Positions 48,151-59,231 of a stretch of 64,000 nucleotides of DNA are shown here, in pieces. The notes under the pieces were generated by a model, which did not search any database, was not told the DNA's origin, and saw nothing but the letters and a program-made list of their open reading frames with translations. The stretch covers positions 2,543 to 66,542 of the forward strand of contig CAWBMD010000002.1 of NCBI GenBank assembly GCA_963789865.1, given 5' to 3'. Each line of letters starts with the position of its first letter. Position 1 is the first letter of the stretch. A program made the position numbers and the translations under genes. Source of the DNA: an uncultured Chloroflexia bacterium. Lineage in GTDB: Bacteria > Chloroflexota > Limnocylindria > Limnocylindrales > CSP1-4.

Positions 48151-50830
48151 CTAGCTGACGAGCGGGTCCGCTCCGTCCGGGTCGAGGCCCAGGTCCCGGA
48201 CGGCCGCGGCGGCCGCTGCCGGATCGTACGCGCCGGCGCGGGCGAGCCCGGAGAGCGCCGCAGCCGCGATCGCGGGCGGATCGATCTCGAAGTGGTCACG
48301 CAAGGCCTCGCGCGTGTCGCTCCGGCCGAAGCCGTCCGTCCCCAGCACGAGATAGGGCGCGGGCACCCAGGGCGCCACGAGGTCCGGCAGGGTCTTCATC
48401 CAGTCCGTGGCCACGACCACGGGCCCGCCGTCCGCGCCCAGCACCTGCGCCACGTACGGCACGCGGACCGACTGGTCCGGGTTGAGCCGGTTCCAGCGCT
48501 CGACCTGCAGCGCCTCGTGGCGGAGCTGCTGGAAGGACGTCGCGGAGTACACCTCGGCCGCGACCCCGTATCGCTCGGCCAGCAGGTCTCGCGCCGCCAG
48601 CACCTGCTGCAGGATCGATCCCGATCCGACGAGCCGGACGCGGCCCTTCGGCTCCGCGATCTCGGGCGCCGCGGCGAACCGGTAGAGGCCCCTGACGATC
48701 CCCTCGTCGACGCCCTCGGGCTTCGCCGGCTGCGGGTAGTTCTCGTTGTAGACGTTGACGTAGTAGAAGACGTCCTCGCCGTCGCCGAACATGCGCCCGA
48801 TGCCTTCGCGGATGATCGCGGCCAGCTCGTAGGCGAACGCCGGGTCGTAGGCCCGCACCACCGGGACCGTGGACGCCAGGACCTGCGAGTGGCCGTCGTC
48901 GTGCTGCAGGCCCTCGCCCGCGAGCGTCGTCCGGCCGGCCGTGGCACCGATCATGAAGCCGCGCCCGCGCTGGTCGGCGAAGGCCCAGGCCTGGTCGCCG
49001 GTCCGCTGGAACCCGAACATCGAGTAGAAGATGTAGAAGGGGATCATCGGCTCGCCGTGCGTCGCGTACGCCGTGCCGGCGGCCTGCAGGGAGGCCATCG
49101 AGCCCGCCTCGTTGATCCCCTCCTCCAGCACCTGGCCGTCGCGGGCCTCGCGGTACGAGAGCACGAGCTCCGAGTCCACCGGGTCGTAGCGCTGCCCGTG
49201 GGCCGCGTAGATGCCGACCTCCTTGAACAGCGGGTCCATGCCGAAGGTCCGGGCCTCGTCCGGGATGATCGGGACGATCCGCCTGCCGAGCTTCGGGTCC
49301 CGGATCAGGTTCCGGAGGAGCCGGGCGAAGACCATGGTGGTGGAGACCGCGGTCGTGCTGCCGCCGTTGAACTCGGCGTCGACGGGGGCGCTGGGCCGGG
49401 GCAGGGCGGGCGCCCGGACCACGCGCCGCGGCACGGGACCGCCGAGGGCGGCGCGGCGCTCGAGCATGTACCGGACCTCGTCGGAGTCCGGGCCCGGGTG
49501 GAAGTACGGGGCCTCGCGGAGCTGGTCGTTGGGGATCGGCAGCTCCAGGCGGTCCCGGAAGACCCGGAGCTCGTCCTCGTTGAGCTTCTTGGCCTGGTGC
49601 GTGATGTTGCGAGCCTCGACGCCGCGGCCGAGGGTCCAGCCCTTGACGGTCTTGGCCAGGATGACCGTCGGGGCGCCCGTGTACTCGGTCGCCGCCTTGT
49701 AGGCCGCGTAGACCTTGTGGTAGTCGTGGCCGCCGCGGCGCAGGCGCAGCAGGTCGTCGTCGGAGAGGTGGTCCACGAGCCCGCGGAGGTGCGGATCCGG
49801 ACCGAAGAAGTGCTCGCGGACGTAGGCCCCGGTGGAGACCGAGTACTTCTGGAACTCGCCGTCGAGCGTGGTGTTCATCTTCTCGACGAGCACGCCGTCC
49901 ACGTCGCGGGCGAGCAGGTCGTCCCACTCGCGACCCCAGACGACCTTGATGACGTTCCAGCCGGCGCCGCGGAACAGGCCCTCCAGCTCCTGGATGACCT
50001 TGCCGTTGCCGCGGACGGGACCGTCGAGGCGCTGCAGGTTGCAGTTGACGACGAACGTCAGGTTGTCGAGGCCGTCGCGCGCCGCGAGGGAGATGCCGGA
50101 GATCGACTCGGGCTCGTCCATCTCGCCGTCGCCGAGGAACGCCCAGACGCGCTGGTCGGACGTGTCCTTGATGCCGCGGTTCTGCAGGTACCGGTTGAAC
50201 CGGGCCTGGTAGATGGCGGCCAGCGGGACCGAGGCCCATCGAGACCGTCGGGAACTCCCAGAAGTCCGGCATCAGGCGCGGGTGCGGGTAGGAGCTCAGG
50301 CCCCCGCCGCCGGTCTCGCGGCGGAAGCGGTCCAGGTTGTCCTGCGTGAGCCGGCCCTCGAGGAACGCCCGGGCGTAGATGCCCGGCGCCGCGTGACCCT
50401 GGAAGTAGACCTGGTCGCCGCCGCCCGGGTGGTCCTTGCCGCGGAAGAAGTGGTTGAAGCCCACCTCGTACAGGCTGGCCGCCGAGGCGTAGGTCGCGAG
50501 GTGACCGCCGAGCCCGGGGAACCGGTTGTTCGCCCGCAGGACCATCGCCACGGCGTTCCAGCGGATCAGCCGCCGGATGCGCCGCTCCAGCGCCTCGTCG
50601 CCCGGGAACCAGGGCTCCTGCTCGGGGCTGATCGTGTTGATGTAGCGGGTCTGGGTCAGGGTCGGGACGCCGATGTGGCGCTGGCGGGCCCGCTTCAGCA
50701 GCTTGTACATCAGGAAGCGGGCGCGGTTCTCGCCCTCCTGGTCCAGGACCTGGTCCAGGGAGTCGAGCCACTCGCGGGTCTCGACCTCGTCGATGTCGGG
50801 CAGCTGCTGCTTGAAGTCGTCGATGTGCAT
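48151..50830 (-). CDS. aceE: Pyruvate dehydrogenase E1 component (homodimeric AceE type), one frameshift near 50225
   Basis: The N-terminus [25 protein letters not shown]...[26 protein letters not shown]...[10 protein letters not shown] is in ORF 48296-50830. The rest is in ORF 48151-50121: [13 protein letters not shown]...[18 protein letters not shown]...FGMDPLF...[15 protein letters not shown]...[21 protein letters not shown]. Removing one C/G from the run at 50225-50227 restores [15 protein letters not shown]. Confidence 0.9.
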
Positions 50831-51074
50831 CGGGGCTCCGTGGACGCGTGGGCGACGCTCGCCCGGGCGGCGATTAGGGTAGCCCCGATGGACGCGCGGC
50901 GTGGGCGGCGACCGCGTTGCGGTCGCGTCGCGCCGGGACGCCGCGGGCGCTCAGGTTGGCGACTCCCGCGGAGCCACGCCACGGCACCGGCAGCGTCGGT
51001 CGGCGGGCGGACCCGTGCTCGGCCATGACGGATCGGTGCCGTCGGCGCACACTTCAGGCGCAGGAGGTGTCCCC

Positions 51075-51804
51075 ATGAGCACCCGGCCGCTGGTGCTCGT
51101 CGCCGACGACGAGCCGCGGATCACGAAGCTCGTGTCGATCGCGCTCACGCGAGGAGGGCTTCCGCGTCGTCACGGCGAACGGCGGCGAGGATGCGCTCGC
51201 CCGCGCCGAGGAGGTCCGGCCGGACATCGTCCTGCTCGACATCGTCATGCCGGACCTCGACGGCATCGAGGTCATGCGCCGTCTCCACGAGCGCCGGCCG
51301 GTGCCCGGTGATCCTGCTCACGGCCAAGGGCTCCGACGGCGGACAAGGCGAAGGGCCTGGACCTCGGCGCGGACGACTACATCGCCAAGCCGTTCCACCC
51401 CGACGAGCTCGCGGCGCGGGTCCGGGCCGTCATCCGGCGCGCATCGGGGTCGCAGCCGGGTGCCGGCATCATCGCGCTTCGACGACGTGGAGATCGACCT
51501 CGAGCGGCGCGTCGTCACGCGCGCCGGCGAGGTCGTGCAGCTGTCCCGGACCGAGTGGCTGCTGCTCCAGCACCTCGCCGCCAACGCCGGCAAGGTGGTC
51601 CTCCACACGGAGCTGCTCACCAAGGTCTGGGGCCCGGAGTACCGCGACGACCTGCCGTACCTGCGCGTGTGGGTGTCGCGGGTGCGCCGCAAGCTCGGGG
51701 CCCGCCCGGGCGAGACCGGGCGGATCCGCACGTTCCAGGGGATCGGGTACCTGCTGGACGTGGCCGGAGACATGGACCCGACGACGGGCGACGGCGGGGG
51801 CTGA
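51075..51804 (+). CDS. OmpR/KdpE-family response regulator, about 3 frameshifts
   Basis: ATG 51075 follows GGAGG: [24 protein letters not shown]. Then [23 protein letters not shown] (phospho-acceptor Asp region) and ILLTAKG. The winged-helix output domain is in ORF 51247-51804: [41 protein letters not shown]...[12 protein letters not shown]...[11 protein letters not shown]. Confidence 0.85.
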
Positions 51805-51895
51805 CGGAGCGTTGGCGAGGGCTGACGGGGCGTTGGGGGGCGGACATGGGCTCCACGCGCGCCCGTACCCCGGCCCGGCGCGGTACGGTACGGCC

Positions 51896-52502
51896 ATGCT
51901 CCGCTATCACCCGGGCGTCGCGCTCATCGTCGTGGACGTCCAGAACGACTTCGCCGACCCGGCCGGCAGCCTCAGCGTGCGCGGGGGCGCGGACATCATC
52001 CCGATCGTCAACCGGGAGGCCGCGCTCGCCCGCGCGAACGGCGCGCTCGTGGCCTACAGCCAGGACTGGCACCCGGAGCACACGCCCCACTTCGCTGCGG
52101 ACGGCGGGGTCTGGCCGGTCCATTGCGTCCGCGACACGTGGGGCGCAGCGCTCCACCCGGCACTGGACGTGCCCGACGACGCGCCGCCGATCCGCAAGGG
52201 CGCGAACGGCGAGGACGGGTACTCCGCCTTCACGATGCGGGACGCCGGCGACCGGCCAGACGGTCCCCACGGAGCTCGAGTCTCTCCTGCGCGACGCCGG
52301 CGTCGAGAGCGTGGTGGTCGTGGGCCTCGCGACGGACTACTGCGTCCGGGCGACCGCGATCGACGCGGTCCGCCTCGGGTTCCAGGCGACGGTCCTGACC
52401 GACGCAGTCGCGGCCGTGGACCTGCAGCCGGGCGACGGCGAGCGTGCCCTGATCGAGCTGGACGGCGCCGGCGTGCTCCTCCACTCCACCCGGATGCGCT
52501 GA
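51896..52502 (+). CDS. pncA: Nicotinamidase/pyrazinamidase (isochorismatase family), one frameshift near 52255
   Basis: ATG 51896 gives [28 protein letters not shown]...[13 protein letters not shown]...WPVHCV...[14 protein letters not shown]. Then [26 protein letters not shown] follows in ORF 51555-52502. The Asp, Lys and Cys triad contexts are present. Confidence 0.8.
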
Positions 52503-52509
52503 GGTCACG

Positions 52510-53053
52510 ATGCTCCGCCGCCTCCTCCTGCTCGCCGCCACGGCGGCGCCCCTCACCTGGGCTCTCGACCGGTGGCTCGCGCACCGCCGCGGAACCCGCC
52601 CCCCGGAGCCGCTCCGGATGCTGGTCGTCGTGGACGCGCCGCCCGCGGCGACCTGGGCGGTCGTCGCGGACATCCCGCTCCAGCCGGAGTGGATGCGCGA
52701 GATGAGGGAGGTCCGGCTGACGACGCCCGGCCCGACCGACGTCGGCACGCGGGGCGAGGCGACGGTGCGGATCGCCGGCATCTCGGTCACCGACCCGGTC
52801 GAGGTCACGGCGTTCGAGCCGCCGACCCGCTTCGCGATCCGCCACGAGGGCCTGTTCACCGGCGGCGGCGTGATCACCCTCGAGCCCGGCGCCGACGGCA
52901 CCACCACGATCGTCCGCTGGGACGGAGACGCTGGTCCCGCCGCTGCTCCCGGAGCTCGGCGCGCTGCTGCAGGCGCCCGTCCTGCGCTCGATCTTCCAGG
53001 CCGACCTCCACCGGCTGAAGCGCCTGGTGGAGACGGGCTCGGCGGACGACTGA
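52510..53053 (+). CDS. SRPBCC (START/polyketide-cyclase-like) family protein, one frameshift near 52925
   Basis: ORF 52510-53166: VVVDAPPAATWAVVADIPLQPEWMREMREVRL...ISVTDPVEVTAFEPPTRFAIRHEGLFTGGGVITLEP. The tail LLPELGALLQAPVLRSIFQADLHRLKRLVETG is in another frame, with stop at 53051-53053. Confidence 0.65.
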
Positions 53054-53062
53054 GCCGCCGCG

Positions 53063-53972
53063 ATGCAGCGTCCACCTCGTCGACGCCACCTACGAGCTCT
53101 TCCGCGCCCACTTCTCGCCGCGCCCGCCGGTCCGTGGACGGGACGGGATCGTCCTGTCGGGCGTGAGCGGCCTGGTGGAGCAGCTCTGCTACCTGGTCCG
53201 CGAGCAGGGCGCCACCCACGTCGGCTGCGCCACCGACCGCGTCGTCCGCTCGTTCCGCAACGACCTCTACCCGGGCTACAAGACCGAGGAGGGCATGGAC
53301 CCGGCAGTCCTCGCCCAGTTCCCGATCGCCGAGGCGGCCATCGAGGCCCTGGGCTTCGTCCTGTGGCCGATGGTGGAGTTCGAGGCCGACGACGCGATCG
53401 CCGCCGCGGCCGACCGGTTCGCCGCGGACGACCGCGTCGAGCGGGTCCTCATCTGCTCGGCCGACAAGGACATGGCCCAGTGCGTCCGCGACGGGCGCGT
53501 CGTCCTGTGGGACCGGCGCCGCGACGTCGTCTACGACGACGCCGGCGTCCGCGCGAAGTGGGGCGTGCCGCCCGCGAGCGTCCCGGACCGCCTCGCGCTC
53601 GTCGGCGACGCGTCGGACGGGTTCCCGGGCCTGCCGGGCTGGGGCGACAAGTCGGCGTCGGCGGTGCTCGCGCGGTACGGCCGGCTCGAGGACGTCCCGG
53701 CGAACGGCAGCGACTGGGACGTGCCCGGGCTGCGCAACCCGGTCGGCCTCGCCGCGACGCTGCGCGAGCGGATGGACGAGGCGCTGCTGTACCGCGATCT
53801 CGCCCGCCTGCGCACGACGGCCGACGGCGTGCCGATCCCGCAGGCGGACGTCGACGAGCTCGCGCTGGCCGGGCGCCGACCGCGGACCGCTGGGAGGCGT
53901 TCTGCGACGCGTGGGGGCTCGCCGAGGCTCCGCGCGCGACCGCCGCGCTGGCACGACGACCCGGTCGGCTGA
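53063..53972 (+). CDS. 5'-3' exonuclease / flap endonuclease (Pol I N-terminal-domain-like), about 3 frameshifts
   Basis: ATG 53063, then VHLVDATYELFRAHF. The main body is in ORF 53163-53972: VGCATDRVVRSFRNDLYPGYK...MVEFEADDAIAAAA...LICSADKDMAQC...LVGDASDGFPGLPGWGDKSASAVLARYG (H3TH motif). Confidence 0.8.
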
Positions 53973-53999
53973 GGACGGTCCCGTCCCGGCTGACCAGCG

Positions 54000-54858
54000 A
54001 ACGCCGTCCTGGCGGCTCGGGCTCCCGGGACAGCCGCAGCAGCTCCGCGTGGTGCGGGGCCGGCGCCGCGACGCACGCCGAACGTCCGCGTCGCGCGGGC
54101 GACGTCGAACCAGGCGCCGCCGGCCGAGTCCGTGACCACGGCCCCGGCGCGCTCCGCGATCAGCCCCGCCGCCGCGATGTCCCACGCGGACATCCCGCCG
54201 GACTGGATGTAGCCGTCGAAGCGGCCGTTGGCCGACGTAGGCCATCGCGAGCGCGGCCGAGCCCATGTTCCGCGCCACGCGGACCGCCCGGCGCACGGCG
54301 CGCGACCCGCGACGTCACCGACCGCCCGCCGAGGGCCATCGCGATCACGTAGTCGTCGAGGCGGTCCTTGGCCGACGCGTGGATCGGCGCGTCGTTGAGC
54401 ATCGCCGGCCCGTCGGCCGTGGCCCAGAACGTCTCGCCGCGCATCGGGTCGTGGACGGCGCCCGCGGCCGGTCGGCCGTCCACCACCAGGCCCACCGAGA
54501 CGCAGAAGTGCGGCAGGCCGTTCGCGTAGTTCACGGTGCCGTCGAGCGGGTCGATGATCCACGTCCGCCCGTGGGCGAGGCTCCGGGCACGCCGACTCGT
54601 CGGCACCCTTGTGCTCGCCCGACTCCTCGGCCAGGATCCCGTCGCCCGGGAAGCGGTCCCGGATCGCGTCCATGATCAGGGCCTCGGACAGGTGGTCCAC
54701 CTCGGTCACCACGTCCTTGGCCGACTTGTGGTCGATCTGCTCCACGCGCTCGTACCGCTCGAGCAGGATCAGGCCGGCCCGCTCCGCGATCTCCCGCGCG
54801 AACGCGGCGTCCGTCGGCGAACCGGTCCCCGCGGTCCACTCGCCGCCGGACCCGTCAC
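54000..54858 (-). CDS. Inositol monophosphatase family protein (SuhB/ImpA/CysQ-like), about 4 frameshifts; 3' end approximate
   Basis: GTG 54858 overlaps the upstream stop (GTGA). Sequence: AFAREIAERAGLILLERY...KSAKDVVTEVDHLSEALIMDAIRDRFPGDGILAEESG; WIIDPLDGTVNYANGLPHFCVSVGL (ORF 54160-54606); RNMGSAALAMAYVANGRFDGYIQSGGMSAWDIAAAGLIAERAGA. Confidence 0.75.
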
Positions 54859-55333
54859 GACTCGCAGTCCGCGGTGAGCGGCCTCGGCTCGGTGCCCAGC
54901 GTGGCCACCACCACGTCGAAGACCGCGGTCGAGCCCGGCTCCACCCGCGGGCTCTCGACGAACACCGCCTCGGGCCCGATGCCGCCCAGCGACGGGTCGT
55001 CGATCCGGCAGGTGGTGCTCCCGGCCGCGTGACCCGCCGTTCGTCACGCTGACGGTCACCTTGAGGCCCGCCGGATCCGCGACCACGCCGGTCACGTGCG
55101 ACGCGGAACGGCCCGACACCGGCGATGCTGAGGCGTGCGACGACGGCCATGATGACGACCGCGGCCACGATCCCCACGAAGACCGTGCCGTGCGCCTGCG
55201 ACGCGGCCGGCGCGCGGAGGCCGAGCGGGTTGCACCGCTCGCACATGGACTCGTCGAGCGGGATCCGCGCGCCGCAGCGGACGCAGCCGTGCGTGAGCTC
55301 GGGCGCGGTGCGGTGGCGTGGCCGGAGCGTCAT
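54855..55333 (-). CDS. Zinc-ribbon plus single-TM protein with an extracytoplasmic domain, about 2 frameshifts
   Basis: ATG 55333 gives MTLRPRHRTAPELTHGCVRCGARIPLDESMCERCNPLG, then the TM segment GTVFVGIVAAVVIMAVVARL. Further: HVTGVVADPAGLKVTVSVTN and CRIDDPSLGGIGPEAVFVESPRVEPGSTAVFDVVVATLG...ADCES, with stop at 54855-54857. Confidence 0.6.
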
Positions 55334-55347
55334 CGGCAGGGAGCCGC

Positions 55348-56197
55348 CTACAGGCCCGTCTCGAAGATGCGGATGTCCGCCGGGCCGGCCGCGTGGCCGT
55401 CGCCCGCGCGTGTGCCGGAGGGCGTCCAGCGCCCCGAGCGCGTCCAGGTCCGCCGGGAACCGGCCGACCATGTCCAGCACGACCTTGCGGATCCGCTCGG
55501 CGTTCTGCTCGAACACGGCGAGGACGTCGTGGGCCGTGACGGCCGTGGTCCCCTCCAGGACGCCCGCGTCGTAGTCGGTGATCAGCGCGATGTTGACGAC
55601 CGCCATGCCCAGCTCGCGGCACAGGTACGCCTCCGGGTACTGGGTCATGTTGATGACCTCCCACCCGGCGTCGCTGAACCACTTGGACTCGGCCTTCGTG
55701 GAGAAGCGCGGGCCCTGGATCACGACGACCGTGCCGCCGTCGTGGACGGTGATCCCGTGCTCGCGGATGACCTCGAGCGCGATCCCGCGCAGGACCGGGT
55801 CGTAGATCTCGGCCGACGAGACGTGGGACACGATCGGCCCGTCGAAGAAGGTGTCGGCGCGACCGTTCGTCCGGTCCACGAACTGGTCGCTGACCACGAA
55901 GTGGCCGGGCTCCACGTGGAGCTGGAGCGAGCCGGCGGCGCACGGGCTGATGACGGCCTTCACGCCCAGCGAGCGCATCGCCCACACGTTGGCGCGGTAG
56001 TTGACCCTGTGCGGCGGGATCGAGTGGCTGCGACCGTGGCGCGGCAGGAACGCGACCGTGCGGCCCGCGACCGTGGCCAGGAAGAAGCTGTCCGACGGCG
56101 GCCCGTAGGGCGTGTCGATCTTCGCCTCGCGCACGTCCTCGAGCAGCGAGTAGAAGCCCGAGCCCCCGAAGATGCCGATCTCCGCCAGGTCCGCCAT
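55348..56197 (-). CDS. mtnP: S-methyl-5'-thioadenosine phosphorylase, one frameshift close to the 3' end
   Basis: ATG 56197 follows GGAGG: MADLAEIGIFGGSGFYSLLEDVREAKIDTPYGPPSD...FLPRHGRSHSIPPHRVNYRANVWAMRSLGV...VVIQGPRFSTKAES...VINMTQYPEAYLCRELGMAVVNIALITDYD. The C-terminal AGDGHAAGPADIRIFETGL reaches a stop at 55348-55350 after a 1-nt shift. Confidence 0.9.
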
Positions 56198-56307
56198 GCC
56201 AACCTCCTGCTGCGACGGGGCATTCTCGCACGGGCGCCGCCACCCGTTACGATGGAGGCACGGACCGACCGGCGGGACGACCGGGCACCCAGCGGGAGAC
56301 CTCACGC

Positions 56308-56690
56308 ATGACGATCGACCTCGGCCGGAGCGCCATCGGGATCCTCGCCGTGCTCGCGATCGTCGCCGGCAGCGTCCTGCTCGTCGTCTACGCCGTGCGC
56401 CGGGGCCTCGTGCACCGGGACCTCGACGGGACCATCGAGGCCGAGGGCGCGGACGGCACGATGCCGGCCACCGCGGGCGCGGCCGCAGCACCGTCCCGGA
56501 CGGTGGGCCTCGCCGGGGTGACGCTCCTCGTCGCGGGGATCGGGCTGGCCGCCATCGGCGTGCTCACGTCGCTCCGGGGAGCTCGCGTCAGCAGCGCCCG
56601 GCAACCCTCCGTCCGACTGCGCGCAGGCGCTGGAACGGATGCCCCCAGGCCACCCCGTACCCGCAGTCCTCTCCGAGCCCGTAGGTCCGT
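56308..56690 (+). CDS. Small two-TM membrane protein; 3' end uncertain
   Basis: ATG 56308 gives MTIDLGRSAIGILAVLAIVAGSVLLVVYAV...VGLAGVTLLVAGIGLAAIGVLTSL. The same frame stays open to 57165, where it carries the PPOX C-terminus. The real stop is therefore probably hidden by an indel; a TAG at 56682-56684 lies in a neighbouring frame. Confidence 0.4.
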
Positions 56691-56723
56691 CCCGAGCCCG
56701 TTGGTCCGGCCCTCGGGGCTACC

Positions 56724-57165
56724 ATGGGGCGCATGCCCCACTCCTCCGACACCCTCTCCGACGCGGCACGCGCCTTCCTGGACGCGGCCCGCTTCGCCAC
56801 GGTCGCCACCAGCGACGACGACGGCGCCCCGCGCCAGACGGTGGTCTGGTACCGGCTCCAGCCGGACGGCCGGATCCTGCTCAACGGCCGCCTCCCGCGC
56901 CGCTGGTGCGCGAACCTGCTGCGGGACCCGCGCGTCGCCATCTCCGTGGTGGACGCCGCGGACGGCTACCGCTGGCTCGGCATCACGGGAATCGTGGACG
57001 AGGTCGTGCACGACCTCGGGCCTGCACGCGACCACATCGTGGAGCTCGCCTACCGCTATCACCCCGAGGGACCCGACGAAGCCCAGATCGCCAGCGTTCC
57101 GCACCCAGCCACGGATCACCTACCTCGTGCGGGTCACCGGCGTCTACGACCACCTGGAGGACTGA
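56724..57165 (+). CDS. PPOX-class (pyridoxamine 5'-phosphate oxidase fold) probable F420-dependent enzyme, one frameshift near 57095
   Basis: MGRMPHSSDTLSDAARAFLDAARFATVATSDDDGAPRQTVVWYRLQPDGRILLNG...RVAISVVDAADGYRWLGITGIVDEV (ORF 56724-58190). The C-terminal RTQPRITYLVRVTGVYDHLED is in ORF 56308-57165. Confidence 0.75.
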
Positions 57166-57242
57166 CGGCATGGCCTCCACGGGGATCGGGTTCCCGCTCT
57201 GGGCGCAGACACCCGCATGGAGATCCTGAACGGGTGACCGGA

Positions 57243-58190
57243 CCGCGCGGAGGGACGATCGTCGCGCTCGCCGGGGGCGTGGGCGGAGCCAAGCTGGCCG
57301 AGGGGCTGCAGGCCCAGGCGGGCGACCGGCTGGCGGTCATCGTCAACACCGGCGACGATTGCATCCGGCACGGGCTCCTCGTCATGCCGGATCACGACAC
57401 CGTCCTCTACAACCTGGCCGGGATCGAGCAGACGGCGTTGGGCTGGGGCATCGAGGGCGACACGCACGTGGTAATGGCGCAGCTGGGCGCGTACGGCGAG
57501 GAGACGTGGTTCTCCCTTGGTGACCGGGACCTCGCGCTGCACATCGCCCGCACGGCTCGCGCCCGGGCCGGGGCACGGGTGACGGAGGCGTGCCTCGCGG
57601 TGCAGAGGTCGCTCGGCATCGCGGGGCGGATCCTGCCGATGACCGACGCACCCGTCGCCACCGAGGTCAGCACGGCCGACGGCTGGCTCGAGTTCCAGGA
57701 GTACTTCGTGCATCGCCGGCAGGAGCCGGAGGTCCTGGCGATCCGGTTCGCCGGGATCGCGGACGCGACGCCCACGCCGGAGGTGCTCGCCTCCCTGGAC
57801 GATGCGTCGGCCATCGTCCTGTGCCCGTCCAACCCGCTGGTGTCGGTCGGGCCGATCCTCTCGGTGCCGGGCATGCGGGACGCGATCGCCGCGGCGCGGG
57901 CGCGGGGCGTGCCGGTGGCGGCCGTGAGCCCGATCATCGGCGGCCGCGCGCTCAAGGGCCCTGCGGACCGGATGCTCGCCTCGCTGGGCTTCGAATCGTC
58001 GGCGCTGGGCGTCGCGCGGATGTACGCGGACCTCGTGGACGTGTTCGTGCTCGACAGTGTCGATGCAGGCTCCGCAGCGGACATTGGGGCGGTCGGCCTG
58101 CGGACGCACGTCACGGACACGATCATGACCGACGACGCGTCCCGGGCCCGCCTCGCGGGCGAGGTGCTGGAGGCCCTCGGCGTCGGCTGA
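57243..58190 (+). CDS. cofD: 2-phospho-L-lactate transferase (F420 biosynthesis)
   Basis: Intact. GTG 57243 is in frame with ORF 56724-58190: IVALAGGVGGAKLAEGL...VIVNTGDD...MPDHDTVLYNLAG...WGIEGDT...LCPSNPLVSVGPILSVPG...AVSPIIGGRALKGPADRML. Confidence 0.9.
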   Translation, partial: PRGGTIVALAGGVGGAKLAEGLQAQAGDRLAVIVNTGDDCIRHGLLVMPDHDTVLYNLAGIEQTALGWGIEGDTHVVMAQLGAYGEETWFSLGDRDLALHIARTARARAGARVTEACLAVQRSLGIAGRILPMTDAPVATEVSTADGWLEFQEYFVHRRQEPEVLAIRFAGIADATPTPEVLASLDDASAIVLCPSNPLVSVGPILSVPGMRDAIAAARARGVPVAAVSPIIGGRALKGPADRMLASLGFESSALGVARMYADLVDVFVLDSVDAGSAADIGAVGLRTHVTDTIMTDDASRARLAGEVLEALGVG

Positions 58191-58204
58191 GCGGCCTTGT
58201 CTCC

Positions 58205-59167
58205 TCACGCCGCGGCAGCTGCGGCCCGCTCCCGCCACCACGCGATCGTCGTCGCCAGCGCCTCGTCCAGCGAGGTCCGCTCGAACGGGCCGAACGCTGC
58301 CTCGAACGCGGACCAGTCGCTGACGAACGGCTCCGTCCACTGGTACATGACGACGCCGACCTCGCGCGCCATCGGCACGAACAGCCCCGCGACCTTGAGC
58401 GCCAGCGGCCCGTCGACGCGGATCTTCACCGGCATCCCGGCCACCGCGAACGCCCGCTCGAGGAATGCCCGGACCGTGATCGGGTCCATCACCGGCAGGT
58501 GCCAGGCGCGCCCGGCCGCCTCGTCGCGGTCACCGAGGACGACCATCGCCCGGGCGAGGTCCGGCAGGTAGCTGAACGAGTGCTCGCCTGTCGATACGCC
58601 CCGTGGCCGCCGCAGACTTGCCCGCGACCAGCGCTCCGAACGCGCGCTCCCCCGCCCCGCTGTTCGTCCCGTGCGGACCGAAGTAGTCCGAGGACCGACC
58701 GATCGCCACCTCGAGCTCGCCTCGCTCGTGGCGCGCCAGCAGCGCGGCCGCCAGCCGGATCCGTTGCGCGCCCTTGCGGTCGGTCGCGCGCTGGGGCGTC
58801 GTCTCGCGCATCGGCGAGCTGCCGGGGCCGTACATGTACAGGTTGTCGGCGAAGACAAGGCGCGCACCGGCGCTCGCCGCAGCATCGCCGACGGATGCGT
58901 TGAGCCGCTCGAAGTTGCCGGGCCACTTGTCGTACGCCGGCTGGGCAGCGTGGTAGACGACCGACGCGCCGGCGATCGCCCGCGACGCCTCTGCCGGCGT
59001 CGTACAGGTCCGCCCGCACCTGCTCCACGCCCGCCGGGAGGCCCGCGATCTCCGCGCCGTGACACCGCCCGGACACGGCGCCCCTGGCGCACCAGCTCGT
59101 CCACGATCGCGCGGCCCGTCCCGCCGCTCGCCCCGAGCACCACCTGCAGCCCCTCGGCTCGCTCCAT
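58205..59167 (-). CDS. NAD(P)-dependent epimerase/dehydratase-type SDR, about 5 frameshifts
   Basis: ATG 59167 gives MERAEGLQVVLGASGGTGRAIVDELVRQGRRVRAVSR (Rossmann GxxGxxG). Then ASVVYHAAQPAYDKW...ARLVFADNLYMYGP (ORF 58530-59246), and FSYLPDLARAMVVLGDRDEAAGRAWHLP...TSLDEALATTIAWW (ORF 58205-59167). Confidence 0.75.
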   Translation of the reverse strand: MERAEGLQVVLGASGGTGRAIVDELVRQGRRVRAVSRRGDRGPPGGRGAGAGGPVRRRQRRRGRSPARRSSTTLPSRRTTSGPATSSGSTHPSAMLRRAPVRALSSPTTCTCTAPAARRCARRRPSARPTARARNGSGWRPRCWRATSEASSRWRSVGPRTTSVRTGRTAGRGSARSERWSRASLRRPRGVSTGEHSFSYLPDLARAMVVLGDRDEAAGRAWHLPVMDPITVRAFLERAFAVAGMPVKIRVDGPLALKVAGLFVPMAREVGVVMYQWTEPFVSDWSAFEAAFGPFERTSLDEALATTIAWWRERAAAAAA

Positions 59168-59231
59168 TCCGCTCGACTCCGTTCACATGACCTGGCGTTG
59201 CGCTCCACACGTTCGCGCACGCATCACTTGC

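Noticed and set aside
48022-50349. Very long ORFs opposite known genes: the 775-aa + strand ORF antisense to aceE; 26893-29061 and 28503-30206 antisense to the FAD oxidase and FGGY kinase; 52230-54296; 329-1105; 3002-4042
   Set aside because: Their translations are R/G/P/A/D-rich low-complexity strings with no motifs. Each lies opposite a gene with strong homology signatures. At this GC content stop codons are rare in all six frames, so long shadow ORFs are expected.
56724-58190. The 488-aa ORF as a PPOX-CofD fusion
   Set aside because: PPOX homology leaves this frame near 57095 and finishes (RITYLVRVTGVYDHLED, stop at 57165) in the frame of ORF 56308-57165. The roughly 50 codons in between are not protein-like. 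cofD has its own in-frame GTG at 57243.
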